A DNA stretch of 64,000 nucleotides from Promethearchaeota archaeon (GTDB lineage: Archaea > Asgardarchaeota > Lokiarchaeia > Sigyniarchaeales > SOKP01), in the NCBI GenBank assembly GCA_019058365.1, contig JAHPZE010000010.1, forward strand, positions 62,761 to 126,760, written 5' to 3'. A model generated the notes under the pieces. That model saw only the letters and a program-made list of their open reading frames with translations. It searched no databases and was not told the origin of the DNA. Below are positions 10,940 to 21,090 of the stretch, piece after piece; positions within the stretch are counted from its first letter, which is position 1, and every line of letters begins with the position of its first letter. The position numbers and the translations under genes are program-made.

Positions 10940-11279
10940 ATTCAAAAGTAAATAGCTTCAGAAAGAAGATTGAAATGTTGCAGAGGTAAAATTAGCAGCA
11001 GCTTCCACGGTTATCGTTGAAAAGTAAATAGCTTCAGAAAGAAGATTGAAATTTTTAAAGATAAAATAAGGAATGATGAAAGATTAAAATGTTGAAAAGT
11101 AAATAGCTTCAGAAAGAAGATTGAAATTAAAATTAAAATAATGTTCAACAAATTTATATAAAAGCGTTGAAAAGTAAATAGCTTCAGAAAGAAGCTTAAA
11201 ATTCCTTCCTTCATTTCCTTAATAGTAAAGCAATATTGATTCATGGTAAAGAATATAGCTTCAGAAATTAATCAATAGA
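10940..11279 (+). CRISPR. CRISPR mini-array with 37-bp repeat GTTGAAAAGTAAATAGCTTCAGAAAGAAGATTGAAAT, 5 repeats and 4 spacers
   Basis: Repeats start at 10940, 11016, 11091, 11166 and (degenerate) 11243; spacers are 39, 38, 38 and 40 bp; the ATTGAAAT 3' end and 3' decay give + orientation. Confidence 0.92.
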
Positions 11280-11346
11280 TTTAAAAATTAAAATATTATA
11301 AATAATTTTAAAAAAACTTAAATAAGGTAAACACCTTATTTCCCTT

Positions 11347-11631
11347 ATGACAAATGTTACTTTTAGTGTTGATGATGATATTCATAAAAAGATGAAAGAA
11401 CATCCAGAAATCAAGTGGACGGAAATTCTTAGGAATTCAATCATCGAATATCTTAAAAAAGTGGAAGAAATAGATGTGTTAGCAATTGAAGAATTCAGAA
11501 AAAACTTAGATCAAGATATTCTCAATATGATTGAAGAATTGGATGAAGGGGAAGAACTTAAATTCTATCAAAAAACAAAACAAAAGGAAAAGGAAAGAAT
11601 GGAGATACAACAAAAACTGGAACGGGGTTAG
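11347..11631 (+). CDS. vapB: RHH antitoxin (VapB-like)
   Basis: MTNVTFSVDDDIHKKMKEHPEIKWTEILR archaeal RHH pattern; upstream of a PIN gene. Confidence 0.75.
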   Translation: MTNVTFSVDDDIHKKMKEHPEIKWTEILRNSIIEYLKKVEEIDVLAIEEFRKNLDQDILNMIEELDEGEELKFYQKTKQKEKERMEIQQKLERG

Positions 11632-11637
11632 GATCTA

Positions 11638-12012
11638 ATGTGGCTTCTTGATACTAATATTTTAATTAAATGCAATAAGCTAAGACCTAGGCCTTTCAAA
11701 AAAGATCTTACATTTACAACTATTTTATCTATAATAGAATATCCATTTGCTTCTAAATTTGAAGAAATGTCTATTATATATCCTACTCTCTTACATTACG
11801 GACAAGCTTTAAAGTATGCACTTCTCTTGAGAAAGAATGGTACTCCAATTCCAGTAATTGATATTTTAATTGGTGTAATTACGGTGGAAAAGAATATGAT
11901 TTTAGTTTCTGAAGATTCTCATTTTGATGATCTTCAAGCTGTAGAACCGCGGTTAAAGCTGATAGGTTTAGAAATCTATATTGAAAGTCTTCAAAAATTT
12001 GATAAGATTTAA
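11638..12012 (+). CDS. vapC: PIN-domain toxin (VapC-like)
   Basis: LLDTNILI, IPVIDILI and LVSEDSHF motifs. Confidence 0.85.
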   Translation: MWLLDTNILIKCNKLRPRPFKKDLTFTTILSIIEYPFASKFEEMSIIYPTLLHYGQALKYALLLRKNGTPIPVIDILIGVITVEKNMILVSEDSHFDDLQAVEPRLKLIGLEIYIESLQKFDKI

Positions 12013-12334
12013 AAAAATAAAAAAGAATGAAATGTCTGATACTTAGAGTTATGGAGGAGAGATTATATATTATATTTCCTCTCTTTTAGTTAGAACTTCC
12101 TTTGTTGTAAAATTTGGGTGATAATATTTCATGAAAATTTCGAAAAACTCTAAGGCATCTGATATTAAATTTCAAATAAATTAGTTGTTCTTCATTTTTT
12201 TTTAATGGGAGGATAATAACAATACTCTTAATACGGACACTGAAAAGATAGTATCAAACAAGAAATAATTACCATTATTCAATAAAAAGTATTTAATAGA
12301 GAAACTTATAACTAAAAATTAGTTCTTAGATGGT

Positions 12335-13162
12335 TTAGATTAAATATCGGAAGATTTTAAGAATAGTTTTACCTTTTTCTGTGATAGTGATTTTCTTATT
12401 CTTTTTATCTTTAGAGATTTCTATATATCCAAGTTGATTTGCTAAGGGTTCAATGAATCTTTTGTTTACTTTCATATAGTAGCTTGACTGACGAGATCTC
12501 AAGTCATCGTGTTTTTTTTGGAGTTTTAGGAATCCCCTTTTAATAAGAATTTCAATAAATTTCTTTTTATAGATGAATTTTACTGGGAATCTGGTTACTT
12601 TTTCTGAATATTTATTTTGTATGGTTTTATAAAGGATTTTTAATACTTTAATAAGAATTTCTGGAGGCTTTATTATTGGAAAAATTGGGGGGAAAATTAT
12701 TATCATTTCACCCTGATGTCTTGGTCCTTCCACAGAAGGATTATATTTGGTAGAATATACATAATACACTTCACAATCCCATAATCTAGCCGCTTCTGTT
12801 GAGGCTAATGCTGTAATATTCGAACCTGTACCAATATTAATCATGATTTTGGATTTTTGTTCAATTTTTCTTTCAGCTCTAATAATTTTTGAAATTTCTT
12901 GAATTATTTCTATATAATTAGTATAGTCAATTTCATTTTGAATAATTATGATATTAGGCATTTTGAGCTTCAAGAATTCAATATTTTGGTGAAAATATTC
13001 CATATTTTCGTCTTTTTGATTAGTACTTTTGATATATGCAGTAAAGTAATATAATTTATACGGTACATAGTTAAGAATAGGTGTTGTGATTCTATAATCT
13101 TCTTTACAATTAAAAACAATATGAACCCGAGTATTATCAATTTTACCTTTGTTCTTAAACAT
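12335..13162 (-). CDS. Csa3-like CARF-wHTH transcription regulator
   Basis: RVHI, MINIGTGSNITALA, YYVY; C-terminal wHTH with ITITEKG wing. Confidence 0.75.
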   Translation of the reverse strand: MFKNKGKIDNTRVHIVFNCKEDYRITTPILNYVPYKLYYFTAYIKSTNQKDENMEYFHQNIEFLKLKMPNIIIIQNEIDYTNYIEIIQEISKIIRAERKIEQKSKIMINIGTGSNITALASTEAARLWDCEVYYVYSTKYNPSVEGPRHQGEMIIIFPPIFPIIKPPEILIKVLKILYKTIQNKYSEKVTRFPVKFIYKKKFIEILIKRGFLKLQKKHDDLRSRQSSYYMKVNKRFIEPLANQLGYIEISKDKKNKKITITEKGKTILKIFRYLI

Positions 13163-13555
13163 TTACTAGTATCATTTTATTTACTTATTTGTCTATTGTG
13201 ATTTTTAATTCAATTTCATATTTGATTTTTTACAATTTTGAGTTGAATATTATTGGAAAAAAATTTTTAACTGGATGCAAGATTAAGGATTTGTAAAGTT
13301 ATCGATTGAAACAACGCCTTTTTGATGTGCAACTGTTACAAGTGCTCCATAGATTTTTAGATATTTTTCATCCTTTATAAATGCCTTTAACTTTTCTTAC
13401 GATTCAAACTTAAAAATTATTGTAAGACTATTTTCAGGAATGTGTTTTCTCCTGTATGTTTTTTTTCCTTCTTTTTTAGCCACTTCAATTCCTCCATTTT
13501 ATCCTTATTTATTTAATAAGCATATTTATATCCATAATAATAAGAACAATAGTAA

Positions 13556-13903
13556 GTGGCAAATATTTCAGATTACAAGAGGTTGAGTTTTATATCAGAT
13601 TTTGATTTAATCGATTCAGAAATAGAATGTATTTCAAAAATTTGGGAATATTATTATAAGGAAATTATTACTCATGAAAATCAAGAGCTTCCAATAAGCC
13701 TTTTGATAATTAAATTAATGAATTTATTAAAGGAGACTAATAATAAGGCACTCATAACAAAAGCACTTCTGTTAACAATTTCCTTTTTTTTCACATATTC
13801 CTTCTGATTTTCATGATAATCGTTGTATTGAGATGGATTTATTATCATCAAAGTATAGAAAGAGAGCAATTTCGCTCTTAAGACAAGAATTTTTATTAAA
13901 TTA
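13556..13903 (+). pseudogene. Small hypothetical protein frameshifted in a T-run near 13785
   Basis: Alternative frame continues as HIPSDFHDNR..AISLLRQEFLLN*. Confidence 0.45.
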
Positions 13904-13991
13904 AATTAGAATTGGTGTAAATATGATTATACGAGTCAACATAGATAGGGATACACTGGATAAGCTTGATGAATCAGGAAAGCAGTTAAAA

Positions 13992-14183
13992 ATTTCCTTA
14001 TGAAATTATAATATACATCATATTTTTTATTCTCTTAGGGATTCTAATTATTTTCTATACAAAATTTAAAAAATAGGAAAAAAATTTTGGTCATAAAAAA
14101 ATAATTCAAGGTATTAAGAAAAGATGGAAATCATTGAAAATTACACTTTCAATAAAATTTTAAAATTAAATCTTTATGGACAT
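13992..14183 (+). repeat. Diverged third copy of the 43993-44304 / 48037-48351 repeat
   Basis: Shares tttcctt.tgaaatt..atata..atattt, agggatt.taatt.ttttctatacaaaatttaaaaaata and ttaagaaaa.atggaaa. Confidence 0.75.
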
Positions 14184-14298
14184 GTTTCAATAAATTGCTA
14201 TTTTATTCTTCTTAGTATATTTACTAAGATTATGGAAAAATCAATAATTCTTCGGAAACAACGAGAGTAATCTAAATTAACATACATTTAAGGAATTA

Positions 14299-14397
14299 CT
14301 ATTCCGCTTTTACTTCTTCTTTTTCTTCTCCTTTTACTTCTTTCTTCTCTTCCTCTTTCTTCACTTTCTTTTTCTTTTCTTTCTTTTTCTTAACCAT
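14299..14397 (-). CDS. 32-aa Lys/Glu-rich microprotein MVKKKKEKKKKVKKEEEKKEVKGEEKEEVKAE
   Basis: AGGTGA SD; shares the AAGTAAAGATTTAAA promoter (14489-14503) with module genes. Confidence 0.45.
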   Translation of the reverse strand: MVKKKKEKKKKVKKEEEKKEVKGEEKEEVKAE

Positions 14398-14666
14398 ATT
14401 TTTAATCACCTCTATTTTTGATTGGTTTTTATACACTTTTTAGAAATAATCTTTATTTTTGATCATTTAATATTTAGAGAAAACAAAATTTAAATCTTTA
14501 CTTTGATGTCCAAATGTCTATTATATCTATTAAGAATATAACCTAAATTAAAACCTAGAAAAGGTTGGACTATAATCTCTATTGTTCCATGAACGTTATC
14601 TAAATGATCATAGATATATTTACTCATATATTATATTTCTCTTTTAGTTGGGAATGGTATTTTATA

Positions 14667-14915
14667 TTACTCCTCTTTATTCAAGTTTGATACACATATA
14701 TAACCAAAGTCTGTTGAGGATTTTGGTTTTAATTCATCAAGGTTTACTATTTGAGTTCTATGTCCGCGATGTGTTTTCTCAAATTGCTGTAATAATTGTA
14801 TCGCTTCAAAATTATTAACATTAATAATGCAATATATATGGCAATCAAAATAAGCTCTCACTCTTACTTCTTTTAATTTATTATTAATCGAATTATTCAG
14901 AACCAATTTTATCAT
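14667..14915 (-). CDS. Hypothetical protein
   Basis: ORF only. Confidence 0.35.
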   Translation of the reverse strand: MIKLVLNNSINNKLKEVRVRAYFDCHIYCIINVNNFEAIQLLQQFEKTHRGHRTQIVNLDELKPKSSTDFGYICVSNLNKEE

Positions 14916-15010
14916 ATCCCTTTTTCAAAATCATTACGATTTTCATAGACCCCCTCACTATGAGCAATCTTTTTATGACATGCGTTTTTGAAAAAAAAGA
15001 TTAAAGAATT

Positions 15011-15667
15011 TTATTTAGAATCTAACTCAGAAAATAATTCTATGTGATTTTTTATAAAATTCCTAGTTCGGTGAGAGAACTTTTTTTCAAGCTTAGATTC
15101 ATCGTTAATATATTTTTTATAAACTAACCATTGTCCATAAAGCCATAAATATGAGTCTATCTCTTGATAAGAAGGTTTCCAACTTAAACTTACTATTAAA
15201 TCATCCAAATCTTTTTTAAATTGAGTATAATTGCTTTCATAACAGCTCTTCATGTTCCCTAAAAGATAACTCAGTGCATACCGTGAATATCTATCGTAAA
15301 TGGGAAATTTATTAGGGTAATGAAAATGACAATATTTACTTGAAAACACAAATCCAACCCGTCTTTTATAAGGTGAAGGCTGAATCTTTGCTATTTCTTC
15401 AACTAACTGTTCAAGGTTATTTTTATCGAATTTAGAATCAATTTCTAATTGCTGAATTTCATGGGCTATTAATCTCTTATCCATATTAAGATTACAATTA
15501 TATAATTTATTCACTAACTCTATTTTGTAGCCTATGTCATGAAAATCTTTATTTTCTTTCTTATTATTAAATTCACGCCTTAATAACTTGTTCACTTCAT
15601 TCCAACTAAGCATTTTATTCCTAATTTCTACTGCGGCCTCAATATTTTTTTGGTTAATCGTTTTCAT
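15011..15667 (-). CDS. HhH DNA-glycosylase-like protein
   Basis: FSSKYCHFHYPNKFPIYD and EIDSYLW resemble the HhH-GPD core. Confidence 0.5.
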   Translation of the reverse strand: MKTINQKNIEAAVEIRNKMLSWNEVNKLLRREFNNKKENKDFHDIGYKIELVNKLYNCNLNMDKRLIAHEIQQLEIDSKFDKNNLEQLVEEIAKIQPSPYKRRVGFVFSSKYCHFHYPNKFPIYDRYSRYALSYLLGNMKSCYESNYTQFKKDLDDLIVSLSWKPSYQEIDSYLWLYGQWLVYKKYINDESKLEKKFSHRTRNFIKNHIELFSELDSK

Positions 15668-15734
15668 TTTTCATCATTCTCTTTTTTATGTTTTTCTAAT
15701 GTATCAATATCCGCAGTATAAATATTTACAATAA

Positions 15735-16295
15735 CTAAGAATAATTTTCAATTTTCAGTATGGATCTCGTTAAAAATTCAAAAATCTGTTCAATATTTTC
15801 TCCAGTTTTAGAGGAACATTCGAAGTTTTTAACGATTTTATATTTTTTTGAGATTTTCTTAGCGTATTTTCTGGATATTACTCTTTCTTTATGGAGATCT
15901 AATTTGCCACCAACCATTAAGAGAGGAATTTTCTTTTTATCATTAGATAAATTATCTTTGAATAATGTTAACCATTTTTCTACGTTTTTTATACTGGAAT
16001 AATTAGTGATATCATACATAAAAATACCTCCTGATATACCCTTTATAAAAATTGGGAAAATAAATTGAAATTGAGGATCACTTCTAAGATTCCAAATTTG
16101 AAGTATAATTTTAGAAGAATTTATTGTTAAATTTTTAAGCGCAATATCTATGCATACTGGTGGCTTTACTTCCTTTTTTTGAATACCTGCTTGGGTTAAT
16201 GAAGTTTTTCCAACATTTCTTTCGCCAAAAATACATATTTTGAAGATTGAATCCTTGTTTATTTCTTGCACCTCCAATTTTTTAAAAGTTTCCAA
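15735..16295 (-). CDS. Rab/Ras-like small GTPase with degenerate switch motifs (copy 1)
   Basis: G1 GERNVGKTS, G4 GGKLD, G5 CSSKTG; G3 replaced by WNLRSDPQF. Confidence 0.85.
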   Translation of the reverse strand: METFKKLEVQEINKDSIFKICIFGERNVGKTSLTQAGIQKKEVKPPVCIDIALKNLTINSSKIILQIWNLRSDPQFQFIFPIFIKGISGGIFMYDITNYSSIKNVEKWLTLFKDNLSNDKKKIPLLMVGGKLDLHKERVISRKYAKKISKKYKIVKNFECSSKTGENIEQIFEFLTRSILKIENYS

Positions 16296-16402
16296 GTTTT
16301 CTTTTAACTATAGAATCTATTAATCACTTCTATTGGCATTTTTTTACTTAACTTAAAATTAAAGATAAATCCTTATACCTTATTTTATTATATCAGGGAT
16401 AT

Positions 16403-16474
16403 TTATAGGTGATTCTATAGAAGATCCTATATAACAATAAAATAGTCAAACATTTTGTATTTAAATCTTTACTT
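16403..16474 (-). promoter_or_regulatory. BRE/TATA (AAGTAAAGATTTAAA) plus three boxes at 12-bp period
   Basis: TTATAG 16403, CTATAG 16415, CTATAT 16427; promoter 16460-16474. Confidence 0.7.
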
Positions 16475-16644
16475 CTTTATTTTTTCTTTAAATTATTTTA
16501 ATATTATTGGTGATTTGCTTCATTTTCTATAATAGAAATACTAAAGTGATTAATTTAATAAAAGATAAATATCATAATATTATCTTATTTATAGTAAGAT
16601 TAAAAGCATAAAAATAGAATTTTAATTTAAGGAGTGTGAAATAA

Positions 16645-17187
16645 ATGTCAGAAGCAACAATTAATGAGGAATTTACTACTAAACTGAAAAATGAGCAATT
16701 TCTCTATTTTGCAGATAATTCTTATTTAGGAATTGCGTTAATCCAGAGAGGACATCTCATATATTCTAATACAAAATTTGGAGAAATCTTTGGCTATTCT
16801 CAAGAAGAGATCTCAAAATGGAAAAAGAGAGAATTCTATAACATTGTGCATCCTGAAGATTTAAAACATTTAGTAGAGACATTTAAGATTGAAAATGATA
16901 AAAGAACTATAACAATACGATTTAGAGGTATAAGGAAAGATAAAAGCATAATTAATATAGAAAATTATAATTGTCAAATTAAATATAATAATAAGTTTGC
17001 AGTTTTATCCAGTTATATTCCATTAGAAGAAACCTTTGAAGAAGAACCCTATACTCCTAAAATGATAAAGATAAAGAGAGAAAAAATAATTATATTGAAA
17101 TATCATTCAGATATAGAGAAACTCCTAAAAGATAGTAATCTGAAATTTGAAATTTATACCCATTCTTCATATCGAGAAGAAAATTAA
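16645..17187 (+). CDS. Single-PAS sensor with conserved C-terminal tail (module copy 1)
   Basis: N.KF.EIFGYS and IVHPED PAS motifs; paralog of 24877 and 28725. Confidence 0.85.
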   Translation: MSEATINEEFTTKLKNEQFLYFADNSYLGIALIQRGHLIYSNTKFGEIFGYSQEEISKWKKREFYNIVHPEDLKHLVETFKIENDKRTITIRFRGIRKDKSIINIENYNCQIKYNNKFAVLSSYIPLEETFEEEPYTPKMIKIKREKIIILKYHSDIEKLLKDSNLKFEIYTHSSYREEN

Positions 17188-17381
17188 TGTTCATTTTCTT
17201 GGATTTCTTCATTTTCTTTCGAGATTTCTTCAAAATGAACATTATATCTCTTTTCAGGATCAAGAACCTTATGCTTAATTAACGTTCTTGGGATATATAC
17301 GATTGTATCTGGTCCCATTGAGGCTAATTTTATATTCTCTAAGGTGAAGATTCTCTTCTCTCTATTCATACTTAATCGCAT
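17184..17381 (-). CDS. AbrB/SpoVT-like small DNA-binding protein (copy 1)
   Basis: KLASMGPDTIVYIPRTLIKHKVLDPEKRYNVHFEE swapped-hairpin pattern; three near-identical copies. Confidence 0.65.
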   Translation of the reverse strand: MRLSMNREKRIFTLENIKLASMGPDTIVYIPRTLIKHKVLDPEKRYNVHFEEISKENEEIQENEH

Positions 17382-18663
17382 TAAATTTCACTTTAAACAT
17401 TTTTTATTATATTTTATTGAGCTTTAAATATTTCCCTATAGAGGTTAATATTTTTACAAAACGACTTTAGTCATAAATTCGCATAGTATCATTCTTAATG
17501 TATTGATTATAATTATTCCTTTATATCTTTATCAAAATCTTTTATTTTTTTCTTAATTAAATTAGTAAATTAAAAATAATGTTATTATCTCCATTAAAAA
17601 ACGATGCTTTAGTTCCTATGATGGTTATGTTTATATATTTTCGAAAGAATGGAATGATAATAAATTGTAATCAGCAATATCGAGTCTTTGAAAATCTTCT
17701 CTTACCCCTAACGAACAATCTATTCAATTTCCTAATAAATTATGTCTTTTTCCCATATATTATAGTTATAATCTTGTTCTTGGTGTTCCTCCCAACTTAA
17801 TAGACACTCACTCTAATTTCCTTCAAATATATGAATCCATATAAGAATGTTATGATAGAGGGTTATCGTAACAAAAAATTTATATCATTTTATCAAGAAA
17901 AGAAGAAGAATAAAGAGTGAAGTTGTAATGGTGATTTTCATATTAAGGAACAGTGTAATAAACTTCTTTCATTATATCAGAAAATAATGGTTATTTTACA
18001 AGCCAAATCTTAATAATTCTATAATTTCATTACTATTTAAAGAAAAATTCTACTAAATATTGATAAAATCAGTCCTTTAAGATGGTAACATGCAAAGAGT
18101 TGCATAAGGATTTGCTTGACGGGACAATAATGACTATTAGTCGCATTCATAAGTATTTTGTGATTGTTGAAAATATCTATAAAAAGAAGAGGAATTATGA
18201 ACCGAGAAATAGTTATCGCTGGTGAATCAAAGAAAGAGAAAAAGACAGAGAAAAAAATGAATAACTGGAGAAGAATTAAGGAAGGAAACGATTATAGTTA
18301 TAACATTAAATGAGAAAGAAATATTACAATTTTTATCAGAAATATTTGACAATCCTAAGTAAGCATTGTAATTATCGATTTTTATAGAGTTCTTTTGACA
18401 TATTGCTTTAAAAAGATAACAAATTGCCGGTTAGGTAATATTTTCTCTATCTTAAACCAATACATAATTTTTAAATTATAAGAATTCTCCAGATTTTATT
18501 CTTATAAATCACTAATTTTTTCTGAAGTGAAGTAAAATAAATTTGCAGATTCAATTAATAGAATTAAAATTATGAAGAATTATAAGTTAAAATCGGTTTT
18601 AAGTAAATTTGAATTAATATATGGAGGAATTTACAGGTTAAAATGAGAATAATAAGAAAGGGA

Positions 18664-18783
18664 GACTCCTGCCAACAAGACGCAAAAACGCGTCGGAAAA
18701 ACAATATAGGGTAAGGAGGGCGAAATCAGAGTGTAAGAATTTACACTACCAAAAGACAAAAATCCAGGGTGTAGGCAGGAGTC
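18664..18783. ncRNA. Candidate 120-nt structured element (ncRNA or MITE)
   Basis: Perfect terminal inverted repeat GACTCCTGCC/GGCAGGAGTC; internal hairpins GACGC/GCGTC and AGTGTAA/TTACACT; GC-rich within an AT-rich gap. Confidence 0.45.
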
Positions 18784-18934
18784 ATTGTTTTCTATATAGA
18801 TTTAATATCTAGTTTACATGTTGCTATTATTGAAATTTATGAAAGATATGTGATTTAGAGTTTATATACTAATTCATAATCGTATTAATGTTTGATTTAA
18901 AGCACCTTTAATAATAGATTTTTGTAATTTCGTT

Positions 18935-19324
18935 TTAAATACATTTAAAGTAACTATTTACTTCTCCTTTGACTGCCTTTTCTATATTTTTTACCAGTTT
19001 TTTATTATCAAAGGGTTTTTTTATAAAACTTATTGCCCCAATCTCCTTGGTTATGTGTTCAATAGCCCAATCCGCACTTATAATTATAATTTTTGCTTTA
19101 TTATTAATTTGTAATATTTCTTTAGTTGCTTCAAGTCCATTTTTTAGCGGCATTTTATAATCCATGATGATGACATCTGGTTTTTTTGAAAATGATAGAT
19201 ATTTAATAACTGCTTCTTCTCCGTTCATTGCTTCATCTAAAATTTCAAACCCATTTGATTTTAATAATGAGTTGTAAAGTGTTAAAGTAGATAATTCATC
19301 CTCAACAAGAAATATGGTTGCCAT
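18935..19324 (-). CDS. Stand-alone CheY-like response regulator
   Basis: LVEDE, PDVIIMDYKMP.KNG, ISA and KPF motifs; likely ATG start at 19324 after a GGGGAG SD. Confidence 0.9.
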   Translation of the reverse strand: MATIFLVEDELSTLTLYNSLLKSNGFEILDEAMNGEEAVIKYLSFSKKPDVIIMDYKMPLKNGLEATKEILQINNKAKIIIISADWAIEHITKEIGAISFIKKPFDNKKLVKNIEKAVKGEVNSYFKCI

Positions 19325-19969
19325 TTTTCTCCCCTTATGAATGAAGCTGAAAAAGTCTAGACCGTTGGAATAGTAGTTTTTCATCTTTTTATATTATATT
19401 TCACATTTTTTACGTGTGTTATATCCCAAATCCTAGACTCTAAAAATAATCACATGAAATTATATATTCTTTCCTCAACCAAAAGAAATCAATTTTTTTT
19501 ATTAGACTATTGATTTTTTTGTCAAATAAAAAATAAGGCACATTTATTTTAAAATATTTTCATGAGGAAATGGTTTTCACGAATGTCCTGTGAAAAAATC
19601 GAAATTTATTTCAATAACTTTCTTAATTCTTTTATTAATAGAGTCTATTCTTTCAAGGGCTATTTCGAAACCATATTTGGATAAATATTGATTTTAAACT
19701 TTCAAAGAAATTATAGTTAAATATTCCCATATATTTTTTTTCGTTAGAAAATTGTTTATGTTAGCAAACCAATCTCTATTGTGATATATTTGAATTGGCG
19801 TGTTAGGTTTTTTATAAAAAATCTCTCCATAATTCGAATCTTTACTAAATAAAAATATACTTATAATAATCTCTTGGATATAATTTTTGTATTCCTAACG
19901 ATATTTTTTTACGATTAATCAATTTTACCCTCTTTTTTATCTAATTTATGATAAAGCGTAGTTGTATGT

Positions 19970-20200
19970 GTTTTTCTCTCTCTTCTTTTGTATCTTCCCA
20001 ATGCGTCTTAAGTTCTTTTTCTAAGGATACCATAAATTCACTTTTCTTTTTTGTCAATTTCCTTCTCCTTTTTTTTATTTTACTTTATTTTTATTGAATC
20101 TGAATTCTTACCCATAATATCAAGAATTAAAGTAGAAATAGGGATTTGTGAAATCTGTTTTATGATAAAACGAAGTACCTCAGAATTAGATTCTATCCCT
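19970..20200. repeat. ~230-bp near-identical copy of 26167-26397
   Basis: Direct alignment; contains the 3' half of an RHH gene and the start of a small ORF. Confidence 0.9.
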
Positions 20201-20703
20201 TCTATTTACAAAATCCCAAATGGGGTAATTTTGATCTCGTTATCCCTGTTGATGTTGAGGGAAGATAATAAAATTACCGTATCCAAAGCAAATATTAAAT
20301 ATTATATCCTTCCTGGAGGGATCCAAACATTTGATCCTATTACTTTTTTTGAAGATCAGGACCTAATAATTTCTTCTATCAACTAATTTTTCGCAGTTTT
20401 TTCTCTGTTTTTTTCATGAAGAAGCATAACATTCTAAGTATTAAATAATAAAGAGTATCGGCCTCCTATTATTATGTTCCTACACATATTCTATTATTAA
20501 TAGGAGTCTAAATAACAGTATCTAGAAAAAAACTTAATAGAAATTTTCAAAAGAACTTACAACCCTAACTCTCTCAATTTTCATCATTTTTCAAATGATT
20601 AAAATTGATCATTAGGTGACCAAAACTAATAAAAATACCCTTTCATTAAAAAATTACTTTATAAAATCTAGGTAATATAGAATTCTAATTTACAATAAAA
20701 ATA

Positions 20704-21018
20704 TTAACCAAACTTTCTCCGTACATCCCATAGATCAAGAGCTTCTTTTAAATCCTCATATTGTTTCGGTTCAAGATGACCTTGTAATTCAAATAATAAA
20801 CTTTGTATTAAAACTACTAATGATAACATTAGCCGACTGTCTATATTATGCATTTCAGCCTCCATAGAATCATAAATATTTGGGAAAAGTGTCTTATAGT
20901 TTTGCTTTATTTTTGATAATAATAGACTCTTAATTGTTGAATTCATCATTTCTGAATGTACGTGTTTAAGATATTGTTTTAATAATGCTAAAAAATCAAA
21001 TTTGTCCATAATTTCCAC
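20704..21018 (-). CDS. Hypothetical helical protein
   Basis: ORF with GAGGTG SD. Confidence 0.5.
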   Translation of the reverse strand: MEIMDKFDFLALLKQYLKHVHSEMMNSTIKSLLLSKIKQNYKTLFPNIYDSMEAEMHNIDSRLMLSLVVLIQSLLFELQGHLEPKQYEDLKEALDLWDVRRKFG

Positions 21019-21090
21019 CTCATTTTATTATTATATTTATATTTATAAACTAACTTAGTATAATGCGTTTTTTTTAAAAAAATAAAAAAA

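Noticed and set aside
11011-11244. 77-aa minus-strand ORF with repeated FFLKLFTFQ
   Set aside because: It is the translation of the CRISPR repeats
18664-18783. 5S rRNA or retron msr-msd
   Set aside because: Right length, but no conserved 5S loop motifs on either strand and no reverse transcriptase in the window
20051-20386. 111-aa plus-strand ORF
   Set aside because: Antisense to the duplicated RHH fragment and chimeric across the repeat boundary
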